From IMG/VR virus record IMGVR_UViG_3300048599_000747, positions 1 through 43,460 of that record: a stretch of 43,460 bases of DNA; one strand, written 5' to 3'. How positions within the stretch are numbered: the stretch's first letter is position 1; each line of letters begins with the position of its first letter. The notes beneath the pieces are model-generated. The model searched no databases. It worked only from the letters and a program-made list of their open reading frames with translations, and was not told the origin of the DNA. This stretch comes from a virus. Its lineage: Duplodnaviria; Caudoviricetes. Position numbers and translations under genes: made by a program. Of this stretch, positions 19,507 to 27,971 are shown piece by piece.

Positions 19507-20189
19507 CGAGGATCCTCCGAAGTGAAGTCGACCGAGCTCCAGCAGTCGAACTCAGGGTCGCAAGTCGTCAGGTAGTCGTAAGGCATCCAGAAGTGGCCGT
19601 GATCGCTCCAAGCCTCGCTCCAGGAGTTTCGAATGCGGAACGCCTTCAAAGCATCGTCGTAGCCGACAATCACCATGCAATGGCCACCATCGAAGTGGTC
19701 TGCCATCGGTAGTGTTGATCCAGGAGTGAGTTTCGCAATCGCCTCGATGTCAACTCGAACGCCGATCAAAACCGGTTTCTTCTCGCTGATCGCGTGCTTG
19801 ATCTGATCGATGCTGGTGAGCCTCGCATATCCCGCGATCGTGTAACGCTTGCCATCCGAAGCGAGCATTCCAACCTTCACCAGTTGGTCGAGAGCTACAC
19901 GTGGAAACGTGCCATCTGAACCGGGAGCACCGTCGACGGCTTTACATTGCCTATACAGCTCATCGGGATCGAAAGAAAGCCATGCTCCGGACTGCTCAAA
20001 CTCGTGGTATCGCTTGATGCCGGCGCAAGAAAAGCACACGCATTCGGAGGTCTGACCTTGATCAAAAACCGGTCCGATAGCGGATTCAAGGGAAATGCGC
20101 TCTGGGAGTGTGGTGGGGGCTAATCCCATCAGCGTGGGCCATTGCCAGTCTCTTTCGTCTTTTGCGTCTCTGAGATATCCGAATAACAT
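19503..20189 (-). CDS. Papain-like C1 cysteine peptidase
   Basis: DQGQTSEC (Gln/Cys), GGHCMVIVGYDD (His) and RNSW (Asn). Confidence 0.93.
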   Translation of the reverse strand: MLFGYLRDAKDERDWQWPTLMGLAPTTLPERISLESAIGPVFDQGQTSECVCFSCAGIKRYHEFEQSGAWLSFDPDELYRQCKAVDGAPGSDGTFPRVALDQLVKVGMLASDGKRYTIAGYARLTSIDQIKHAISEKKPVLIGVRVDIEAIAKLTPGSTLPMADHFDGGHCMVIVGYDDALKAFRIRNSWSEAWSDHGHFWMPYDYLTTCDPEFDCWSSVDFTSEDPR

Positions 20190-20345
20190 GTAACCGATTA
20201 GCCAGCGACATAAGCCGCTCAGCTACCTTGTTCAGTTTTCGGACCTCCCCTCCACTTTCGGCGATTGGCCAGCTTGGTCACTTGCGCTTCATGACGCTGG
20301 GTAGTGGATAAAGGATGCGCGTAGGTTCAAAACAGTCGACGTGAA

Positions 20346-20546
20346 CTATTCTAGATCGTCAGGATGAATTCGATTCTTGGTGGTTGCAGCTTGGTGATGG
20401 CAATTACGATTAGTGAAGCTAGATCGGCTCCATTCGCCGCTGATTGCTTTTTTGTAGCTATTGCCTACGCACCGTCCAGCTCCTTGAGTATGCTTAGGAG
20501 CCTTCTTGCTACGTCCTCGATGGCCTTTACGCTTGTAATTAGCCAT
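20346..20546 (-). CDS. Small basic hypothetical protein
   Basis: MANYKRKGHRGRSKK start overlapping the upstream stop. Confidence 0.45.
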   Translation of the reverse strand: MANYKRKGHRGRSKKAPKHTQGAGRCVGNSYKKAISGEWSRSSFTNRNCHHQAATTKNRIHPDDLE

Positions 20547-20775
20547 CCTCTTCATCCTTATGAGCTTCCATAGGCAAGGGAAGAGGCACATGGCCTCCAG
20601 ACAAAGCCGAAGTGAGCTCGTCTTCTCGCTGTAGATCGATCCGCTGAGTTGTTGCGATGATTACGCCTGGCTCGCCGTTAACGACGCCTACCTTTTCAAG
20701 CGTCCCATTTCGCATTCGGCGCATGGTCAAGATCAATGCCCTTTCACGGTCGCTAATTTCCATATTCGTCATCAA
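20539..20775 (-). CDS. Small protein, DUF2292/YezD-like
   Basis: MRRMRNGTLEKVGVVNGEPGVIIATTQRIDL fits the helix / G-x-(L,V)-x-I-x-V-x-x-G / strand pattern. Confidence 0.45.
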   Translation of the reverse strand: MMTNMEISDRERALILTMRRMRNGTLEKVGVVNGEPGVIIATTQRIDLQREDELTSALSGGHVPLPLPMEAHKDEEDG

Positions 20776-21266
20776 CTCTCACTCCTCAATTGCACGCATA
20801 CACGGCTCGAAAAACTGGCTTGAAATGCTTTGACGACAGCCGAGTTCATCTCGGCAACCCCGTACTCGACGGAAGAAACGGGGGTGGCATCTTCGAAGTA
20901 AAGGTCGTGAGTCTCATCGATCGGAAAAGCCCGATGCCGGCGGTTTAGGATCAACTTCACAACCGTTCCAAGAACGCCAATTGCTTCGGCTGATTGTTCC
21001 GGCTCGTCCCAGTGAACCATGCCCCAAATCGTAAGGTTTGCCATGTCTGCAGCAATGTCGGGCATCGCGATCCACTCCGTTCTCTCCGATCGCTGGTCGA
21101 TCATCAAACACGGATACATTTTGGCGTCGACGTTGTGGGAAAAGTAGGGAAGGATATGCCCAAACTGACCGGGAAGCCCCGCCACATGCATCGCGGCCGC
21201 GAGTTCCGTTCGGTGTCCCTCCAGGATGTCCTTGACCGTGTGAACCACGGTTCGAATGCTATACAA
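20772..21266 (-). CDS. Putative tail terminator / neck protein
   Basis: 164 aa with a YPCLMID motif and a layout typical of tail completion proteins. Confidence 0.5.
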   Translation of the reverse strand: MYSIRTVVHTVKDILEGHRTELAAAMHVAGLPGQFGHILPYFSHNVDAKMYPCLMIDQRSERTEWIAMPDIAADMANLTIWGMVHWDEPEQSAEAIGVLGTVVKLILNRRHRAFPIDETHDLYFEDATPVSSVEYGVAEMNSAVVKAFQASFSSRVCVQLRSES

Positions 21267-22977
21267 GGCCGCGCTCCTTGGCCATCACTCGTATCGTTGC
21301 GTCTAGGATTTCATTCACCTCGATTTCGTCAATGCAGTCGGCGCCGGGTTTGTCCCCTCGAAAAGGGCATTGGCCAACGGAACTAACGGGAAATCTACAG
21401 GATATGCCGTGCATCTCGAAGCACTTGACGGGTTTGCCCCTCCAAATAGCTTCCCATGAACCTGCATCACCGCACCCACCAATGAGTCCAGCCGGATCGT
21501 GAGTTGCCCAAAGCCAAACGGACGGCACGCCGAGAGCATTTGCAAGGTAGGAACCACCCGAGTCGAACCCTATCCACACCGCGAGTTTGTTGAGCTCACG
21601 AGCGAAATTCTCTAATCCAGGCGTATCAATCACCTGGAATCCCTCTAAAGCAGCTTCGGATCTGAGTTTCTCTTGTTGGCCAAAACATCGAACCTCAAAT
21701 CCTAGGGATTGAAGAGCATGACCGAGTTCTTTCCAATGTCGGTATTGCTTCGATGGCCATCCACCATGTAGTTGGATTCCAGCAACCATCCCCTGCGGTC
21801 GTCTTTCTTCATCGATCTCAAAACTCATCTTTCGAGGGCCTGCAAAGTCCTCTATCCCCAACGCCCAGAATCCATAGAACGTTGTTCCTTCGATTCCGTT
21901 GGCAACACCCCAATCCACCGCTGTTGGAGGAACCTGAGAATGCTGAGACACAACTTCAACCTTATCAATGAAAGGGCAATGCCTCATCACTGTAGCGATC
22001 ATGTCGTTACCAGCGAACACGCGAATCGAAACGTCTGGATAAAGCGTTTTGAACGCTCGGAATGAAGCCGTTGCCATGATGGCGTCCCCCAGACCAAACC
22101 ACCGGTAAAGAGCAGCATCGTATCGCTCAAGCAGGGGAGCGATCGAATAGGAACAACCTGCTCGAATGCGCTTGAAAACCTTTCCGTCAAGCTCATAGAA
22201 CTCACTGTCACAGGTGTTGATCAAGTCGTCCGCATTTACTCTGGTGATCTTGACAAGGTCTGGAGCGTTCCCTTTTGGGATGATACGCTGGAGGCCAGGG
22301 CGGCTATCCATTTCGAGGGGAACATTCATTCGCTCAGAAAGCAGGGTCATATCCAGCCTATATCTTTCATGATAGTGCTGCAGACCGAAGATCTCGTGAG
22401 TCATCGTGCCGCCTTCATGAGTTACTCGAGCATGCTTCGATACGAATGTTGGGAGACCGAGTTCACGAGCGATCCGGTGTTGAAGGTCGGCTGCATAGCC
22501 ATCGACCACGAATCCCGATCCGATGCCAGCGACCTGGTCGAGGATCTCTCTTGAAACACCAAAACAACATCGATCGACGTATTGAGTCGTGGTTTCGCTC
22601 ATCCAGGTCTTCTGGTCAGGATTATCGCTATCAACCACCTGCGGAACCCATAAGCCCCCATCTTGTGCGAGTTCGCGAAGAAGGAGAGGCAATTCGTCGG
22701 TATCGACGTCATCGTGTATGAAAACAAGATAATCGCCCTGGGCTGCCAAGGCACCCAGGGCCATCGCTTTCCCAACGCCCCAAGGCTCCGAAATGTCCAG
22801 GAAGCGACCTGGTAAGGATAGTTTGTTATTCAGATGCCAGGCTAAACGCTCATACTCACCCGCATGGGAAGGGATGATGACTTCCAGATCGATCTGGCTC
22901 CGGGCGAGAGAGATCTTCCCCCAAAGCAGTTCGTTATGTCTAAATAGCCCTCCACTTGGAACAATTAGCGAAATCAC
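21259..22977 (-). CDS. Fused GT2-like plus GT9-like glycosyltransferase
   Basis: N-terminal ISLIVPS and YLVFIHDDV; C-terminal GLGDAIMA and WIGFDSGGSYLANALGVP. Confidence 0.85.
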   Translation of the reverse strand: MISLIVPSGGLFRHNELLWGKISLARSQIDLEVIIPSHAGEYERLAWHLNNKLSLPGRFLDISEPWGVGKAMALGALAAQGDYLVFIHDDVDTDELPLLLRELAQDGGLWVPQVVDSDNPDQKTWMSETTTQYVDRCCFGVSREILDQVAGIGSGFVVDGYAADLQHRIARELGLPTFVSKHARVTHEGGTMTHEIFGLQHYHERYRLDMTLLSERMNVPLEMDSRPGLQRIIPKGNAPDLVKITRVNADDLINTCDSEFYELDGKVFKRIRAGCSYSIAPLLERYDAALYRWFGLGDAIMATASFRAFKTLYPDVSIRVFAGNDMIATVMRHCPFIDKVEVVSQHSQVPPTAVDWGVANGIEGTTFYGFWALGIEDFAGPRKMSFEIDEERRPQGMVAGIQLHGGWPSKQYRHWKELGHALQSLGFEVRCFGQQEKLRSEAALEGFQVIDTPGLENFARELNKLAVWIGFDSGGSYLANALGVPSVWLWATHDPAGLIGGCGDAGSWEAIWRGKPVKCFEMHGISCRFPVSSVGQCPFRGDKPGADCIDEIEVNEILDATIRVMAKERGLV

Positions 22978-23975
22978 GCAGCCTTCTCACCTTCACCAAA
23001 AAGCAACATATACAGGATACGCCATAGGCCGTCCAAACCCCTTCCCACGGCAATGTGCATCCCATATCCGAGGTAGTGTCTGATGTTTCCTGCATCGATC
23101 ACCTGAGCCGGATTCGTGAGGGTTTTGGGAACCATCGGAAGGAGTTTACTGAGCTGCTCTGGATCTTGCGATTGAGTCACCGAGGCTTCCACCACCGAGG
23201 GTTCAAGCTTAACGCTCGGTACGCCCGCAACAGGCAGCCGAAGAGGCATGTTCTCACCGCCTAGCATGTCGATTAGGTCTTGAACGCCTTTTTCTGGGGT
23301 TGCTGCTGGAGTGGCGTCATCGAACCGGTCGGGATGGACGGTTCGCTTCTGAACTACCTTGACATGACACCGGCACTCAGTCAGGCAGTCTGTATTCTCG
23401 CCCGGCCAGCCGAGTTCGCATAGTTCGTCATAGCTGAACCCATCATTCTCCCGGCTCTTCTTCGCACGCTCAATGCAGCTCTTGCAATGCTCAGCTTCGA
23501 CGTCCATCACCCAGTAGTAGCGGTTGTTCTCGGCTGTTGGATCTTCCCAATCGGTCGTTTCACCTCGCGTATAGAGCGACCACAACGACTTGGCATACAT
23601 GCTTCCCCTATCGAAGTAGTCCATCTTGCCTCGACCGACTTCCATGTCACCAACGAAGCGGTTGAAATACCGCATATTCCGAGAGTGGCGTCCGGAGAGC
23701 ATCTTTGCTTCTGCATCCGAGATATCGCTGCGGGTATCACCCCTAGCACGTCGACCTGCAACAAACGCCTCTGTTTCAGCGTTCTGCAGGTTGCGCTTGA
23801 ACTGTCTTACCAGCTCCGTTCGGTCGAGATCTCCACGTTGAAAGCCCGTGATTCCTTTGTGGATCTGGCTTTCAAAAGTCCGCTCGATATCGGCATAACG
23901 AGGGAGTTCAACGGCATTCCGATCAAACTTTCGAGGATCAACCGGTTCATTTGCCCATTCAGGAACTGCCCTCAT
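22974..23975 (-). CDS. Head morphogenesis protein (Mu gpF/SPP1 gp7-like)
   Basis: YYW...EHCKSC and PGENTDCLTECRC cysteine motifs. Confidence 0.75.
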   Translation of the reverse strand: MRAVPEWANEPVDPRKFDRNAVELPRYADIERTFESQIHKGITGFQRGDLDRTELVRQFKRNLQNAETEAFVAGRRARGDTRSDISDAEAKMLSGRHSRNMRYFNRFVGDMEVGRGKMDYFDRGSMYAKSLWSLYTRGETTDWEDPTAENNRYYWVMDVEAEHCKSCIERAKKSRENDGFSYDELCELGWPGENTDCLTECRCHVKVVQKRTVHPDRFDDATPAATPEKGVQDLIDMLGGENMPLRLPVAGVPSVKLEPSVVEASVTQSQDPEQLSKLLPMVPKTLTNPAQVIDAGNIRHYLGYGMHIAVGRGLDGLWRILYMLLFGEGEKAA

Positions 23976-24187
23976 TTATCTACACCTGGCCTCTGCTTGT
24001 ATGCTCCCCAGAACTCCCTTCTCATCGAAAGAAGGATCTCGGCAAGTCCGTTCTCTATGGTCATGACGTCTGCGTTCCACTCCCCCATCATCCAAGCAAT
24101 GAACATTTCTACTTCAGGTTGCAAGGCATCCCCGCTCACCGTCTCATTGGGATTCATCCCTAAACGGTGAGCTATGAAGGTAAAAAA
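23972..24187 (-). CDS. -1 frameshift extension of the upstream ORF (gpGT-like)
   Basis: No convincing own start. Entered in the -1 frame at T TTT TTA (24187-24181). Its stop overlaps the MuF ATG. Confidence 0.6.
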   Translation of the reverse strand, partial: FFTFIAHRLGMNPNETVSGDALQPEVEMFIAWMMGEWNADVMTIENGLAEILLSMRREFWGAYKQRPGVDK

Positions 24188-24633
24188 TCGAGTTTCGATG
24201 GCTCCGGCTCGGATCGTTCGACGATCTCTGAGTAAAGGCAAGGGATCAGCGTGGGAGCCATGCTGAGAACCTCGTCATAGCTCTTTCCGAGTCCTAAGGC
24301 CACGATCTCAGCACGGAACACATCTTCATCGAACCGACTCTGCCCGTTCTCCCATGTAGTTGATCGCCTTTTGGCTTCCAGCTTCCCACCGTAGGTGTAG
24401 GGTTTGATTTCGTAGGATCGCACTTGGATCCGATCAGAATAGCGATCCCGGATCTCGCTTTGGTATTGGTCGATCGATTCGGCATTTTCGATCATGCGAG
24501 CCCGTTCGGTAGCGTCAGTGGTCGTCTCTGCTTGTTTACGCATGGCTTCAACCGAGGCTTTAACTCGCCAAGCCGGCAGAAGGACGGTAAGGGCGCCGCC
24601 TGGGTGTTCAATAACTTCGAGGTCGATTTTCAT
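24172..24633 (-). CDS. Putative tail assembly chaperone (gpG-like)
   Basis: 153 aa, helical; ends GAT TTT TTA CCT TCA TAG with a slippery heptamer. Confidence 0.6.
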   Translation of the reverse strand: MKIDLEVIEHPGGALTVLLPAWRVKASVEAMRKQAETTTDATERARMIENAESIDQYQSEIRDRYSDRIQVRSYEIKPYTYGGKLEAKRRSTTWENGQSRFDEDVFRAEIVALGLGKSYDEVLSMAPTLIPCLYSEIVERSEPEPSKLDFLPS

Positions 24634-25001
24634 GATGTGAGTCTCCTGTAGGGTTCATGGTCCGAGCTGGGGAAGCGGTTCGACCACCTGGACCAAATAC
24701 GTCGCTCTGCTTTCACGATTCGCGATAGCAGGAAATCGGGATTGATGCCAATGCTCTCGGCGATCTTCTTATGTGCCTTCTTGAGCTTCCAGTCGGGTAT
24801 CCCTGATCTAAACGAGGTTATGACGCGCGTTTCGACGCCTACGAGTGTGGCAAGCGCTGCGTCTTCCATTTCGAGCGTGACGTTGCCTTCTGACGTGAAA
24901 GCATAAGGGTAGGGGGATCCACTTTGAGGCGGGCTGTCCGGCTGGAATCCGTAGGTTGTTGAAGCGGTCTTTCGATATCCTTTGGTTACGACTGTTTTCA
25001 T
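24630..25001 (-). CDS. Hypothetical protein
   Basis: ATG at 25001 after GGTGG, coupled to both neighbours. Confidence 0.55.
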   Translation of the reverse strand: MKTVVTKGYRKTASTTYGFQPDSPPQSGSPYPYAFTSEGNVTLEMEDAALATLVGVETRVITSFRSGIPDWKLKKAHKKIAESIGINPDFLLSRIVKAERRIWSRWSNRFPSSDHEPYRRLTS

Positions 25002-25002
25002 A

Positions 25003-27141
25003 TCACCACCTCGCTGAAGGGCTGGAACTGTCATCTAGGGTAAACGTTCGAAGCGGTGTTACTCCATCCGGGGCATAGATCACGAGCGTAGGCGGTGGGC
25101 CCGGATGGATGCGCCAAACGCCAACGCCATCAGACCAGGCAGCCTTCAAAGCATCGTTAACCGTAGTGCCTGCCCAGGCACCAGCTCCGAGAGCGTCGCT
25201 CATTGACAATCGCGTTCCGATCGCCACGTCGACGCGTGAAAGAAGGTTTGAAAGGGAAGTGGCCGAGCCACCCATGCTTTGGACGTCGGCAACCACGGTC
25301 TGAGCCTGGCTCCAACATACACGCATAAAATCTGTGCCTGTACCCGAAGTGTTGCCTGCGGTGCCTTTGATTCTGATCGTCGCGGGCCTGTGCGCCCCGT
25401 AGGGAAACGATCCACTTACGGATGGAACATAGGTGAGGTAAAGACGCTGAATGACGGTAGAGGCAACGTCGATGGCAGAACCGTCCGATCTCAAGGCCGA
25501 CGCAAGCACACCAGCACCGTCTTCGAATTCCAGTTGAGGATCGACAAGCTGAATAGTTGGGTTTGATGCCCATGCAAACGCTGAGCTGACCTGAACGTCG
25601 AATGTGATTGAAATTGGCTGACCGGCGACGATATCCACGGGTACATCGATGAAGTTGGGAGAGACTGAGAGCTCGAACGTCATCTTATGGCAGAAGGCAT
25701 AACCCAAAGCAGAAAAACCGGCGTCGACTTCGCTGGCTGTTGTTCCTCCTGGAGACCATGATCGAATACGCCCAGGTTGAGGGTTTCCTGGAGACGATCC
25801 GTAGTCATAGATGATGGCGATCGCCTTGCAACCAGATGCCGCTTCTTGCCTGTAGCTTAGGGCAGGTGTCGGGCTTTGCAGCATCGCCCCATAGCCTACG
25901 ACGCTACAGCCAGAGCCGATATCAAGGTCGGCGTTCGAGTTGCGGTCGATGACCGATGATCCTCCAACATCGGCATATTTACCGAGCACAATCCCGGATG
26001 AGCTGATCGCGTAGGTGTAGCACCCTTTCGTGATGCTCGAGTCATAGCAGCCGGCATTGTTGTTGTGGCCGTAGACACAGCCAAACCAAATGGTGTCCTT
26101 GGGAAAAACGCTATCGACCATAAACGAACTGGCTGAGAAGCATCCAAACGTGTGGAATGAAGCTCTCGTCAGCGTCGACCGGTAGTTTCCACACCAGCAG
26201 TTGCTGATATAGCCTCTCAGGCCATTCACAGCCGAATCACCCCTCATCGCCTTGGAGTAGTCATAGGCCATGTTGTAGCCGTGAATCGCTCCGTAGAAAA
26301 CCAAGCTGTTATAGTTGGTCGCTGCCGGTGCATGGGTTCGAAGGGCCTGGCCGTACCCAGAGGCGTAAACCGTGGACGTCGTGTTGATGATCGAGCACCC
26401 GATCTGAGCTACCGGGCCGTTGTTGAAAAGGAAACAATATTCGCTGCCGGCGGCACTTGTTCGGGCCGTTAGAATCTGGATATTGCTCGTGATGTTGATC
26501 AGATAACAACCCGTGATGTAGGCAGCAGAGAGCGTTCCTGAAAGGTTGATCGTCGATCCACCTCCCCAGCTTGTCAGGGTGAACATTTGGACCGTTGGAG
26601 TCGTTGACGTGCAGTTCTTGACAGCAACGATGTAGTCTCCAACCTGCCACCCATCAGCCTGCAAAACTGCGTTCGTTTGATCCACGATCACAGCGGACGC
26701 CCCGTTCGAAGCATCACTCGCGAGTCTCACGTGCCGATGTGCCGGCCACGTGGCGTTGAGCTTAATGGCTGCGTTGTTGTACGAGCAGTTGATCTCCGAG
26801 CGATCACCGAGCCAGATCTTGAAGATTGAGTTGGCTGGAGCCTGAGCCGACTCAGATGCACCGTGAATGAGGGATCCACCGGAAGCAATCGTGATGTCGT
26901 GGGTGGCTACACCGTCCATCTTAAGATATCCAGTGCCCGCGCCGTTCGGTCCGGATAGTGTTCCGTTGATCGTCCCGGCAATCATTCCGGTAGCCATAGC
27001 TGATTGGCTCACGTCCATGTAGCAAGTCTTTCCGGCCGCAATGATGAACGAATCACCATCAACCGGAATCGCGCCACCCCATGCTGCAGCCGTCGACCAA
27101 TTGTCGGTGCTACTCGCTGGGTTGAACGTTTTGATTGCCAT
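25003..27141 (-). CDS. Large beta-rich virion protein (G8-like N-terminus, probable beta-helix; fibre or spike)
   Basis: NWSTAAAWGGAIPVDGDSFII start, Cys/Asn/Gly/Tyr-rich repetitive middle, C-terminal APDGVTPLRTFTL. Confidence 0.6.
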   Translation of the reverse strand: MAIKTFNPASSTDNWSTAAAWGGAIPVDGDSFIIAAGKTCYMDVSQSAMATGMIAGTINGTLSGPNGAGTGYLKMDGVATHDITIASGGSLIHGASESAQAPANSIFKIWLGDRSEINCSYNNAAIKLNATWPAHRHVRLASDASNGASAVIVDQTNAVLQADGWQVGDYIVAVKNCTSTTPTVQMFTLTSWGGGSTINLSGTLSAAYITGCYLINITSNIQILTARTSAAGSEYCFLFNNGPVAQIGCSIINTTSTVYASGYGQALRTHAPAATNYNSLVFYGAIHGYNMAYDYSKAMRGDSAVNGLRGYISNCWCGNYRSTLTRASFHTFGCFSASSFMVDSVFPKDTIWFGCVYGHNNNAGCYDSSITKGCYTYAISSSGIVLGKYADVGGSSVIDRNSNADLDIGSGCSVVGYGAMLQSPTPALSYRQEAASGCKAIAIIYDYGSSPGNPQPGRIRSWSPGGTTASEVDAGFSALGYAFCHKMTFELSVSPNFIDVPVDIVAGQPISITFDVQVSSAFAWASNPTIQLVDPQLEFEDGAGVLASALRSDGSAIDVASTVIQRLYLTYVPSVSGSFPYGAHRPATIRIKGTAGNTSGTGTDFMRVCWSQAQTVVADVQSMGGSATSLSNLLSRVDVAIGTRLSMSDALGAGAWAGTTVNDALKAAWSDGVGVWRIHPGPPPTLVIYAPDGVTPLRTFTLDDSSSPSARW

Positions 27142-27307
27142 CTGCTAACTCCGTTTCACGTTGGTTTTGATACAGGTCGTCGCACCATGCTTGAGGATCA
27201 ACAAGCACATCATGAGTTTCATAGCGTCGCTCTGACCCGTCTGGGCACTCGCAGACATAGACCTTGGCGCCCAGCACATTATCAACCCGCAAAATTGAAA
27301 CGATCAA
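27110..27307 (-). CDS. Hypothetical protein
   Basis: 65 aa, coupled to neighbours. Confidence 0.5.
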   Translation of the reverse strand: MIVSILRVDNVLGAKVYVCECPDGSERRYETHDVLVDPQAWCDDLYQNQRETELADGNQNVQPSE

Positions 27308-27537
27308 AGATCCTCGCCACTGATGATGGTGTTCATCTTGCCGGTGTCACTATATTCGGTGACAACTTCACCCACTCGGGTCACTGCGTTGACCACGTCT
27401 TGGTCGGTGTTTAGTGCACTCGTGTTCAAGCCATTGAACCAATGACGCTGCAACCTGTTGGCCCTCAGCCAAAGCGATTCCATGTCCTTACACCACTGTT
27501 CGAGCTCTGCTTTGAAGTCTTTCGGAACCATTTTCAT
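27304..27537 (-). CDS. Hypothetical protein
   Basis: 77 aa with an AGGAG RBS. Confidence 0.6.
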   Translation of the reverse strand: MKMVPKDFKAELEQWCKDMESLWLRANRLQRHWFNGLNTSALNTDQDVVNAVTRVGEVVTEYSDTGKMNTIISGEDL

Positions 27538-27541
27538 TCTC

Positions 27542-27814
27542 CTAGTTGGCGATAATAATGGAGCTCTTGCGCTCCTTGGCGAGGGTGCCGAGTCTCAACT
27601 TGACGTAATCCAGAAGGATTTGCATCGCGGCTATCTCGTCGATCGGGACGGCCTTAGGTTGCTCAAGAGGCTGTCCATCTGAGTCTATGAAGAGCACCCG
27701 AACGGCTTGAACATGCAACTGGATTGGGTTTGTCGGCTGTGCGATGACGGTCACTTGGTCCTGAAACGGGACTGTTGGCAAGGTTAGGATAGGTTTTTCA
27801 CTCATGGTTTTCAC
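27542..27814 (-). CDS. Hypothetical protein
   Basis: 90 aa, co-oriented with the late genes. Confidence 0.55.
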   Translation of the reverse strand: MKTMSEKPILTLPTVPFQDQVTVIAQPTNPIQLHVQAVRVLFIDSDGQPLEQPKAVPIDEIAAMQILLDYVKLRLGTLAKERKSSIIIAN

Positions 27815-27851
27815 GATTTACGGCATAATATAGGTTGACCGGCGTCGATTC

Positions 27852-27958
27852 GGACGTTACTAGTCTGGGGAGCTCGAAAGAGCGGCATCAGGCACGACGG
27901 TAAGGAGCATGAGGGGCGTGGCCGGCCACTCTCGGTCTTGGGAAAGCCGATGACGTCC
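27852..27958 (+). ncRNA. Candidate structured ncRNA (unassigned)
   Basis: Closing stem GGACGTTA/TGACGTCC encloses three hairpins, two with GNRA loops (GAAA, GGGA). Fills a non-coding gap. Confidence 0.4.
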
Positions 27959-27971
27959 ACCACAAATGACC

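Noticed and set aside
20240-20280. Twister-ribozyme-like words (GCCAAT..GCCG..AAAGTGGAGGGG) on the minus strand
   Set aside because: The central conserved catalytic loop and pseudoknot segment is missing.
1404-27141. Diversity-generating retroelement or contractile tail
   Set aside because: No reverse transcriptase, no TR/VR repeat pair noticed, and no sheath or baseplate wedge genes recognised.
27885-27912. SRP RNA-like TCAGG...AGCA or hammerhead core in the ncRNA candidate
   Set aside because: No SRP GNRA-capped helix geometry and no CUGANGA/GAAA core.
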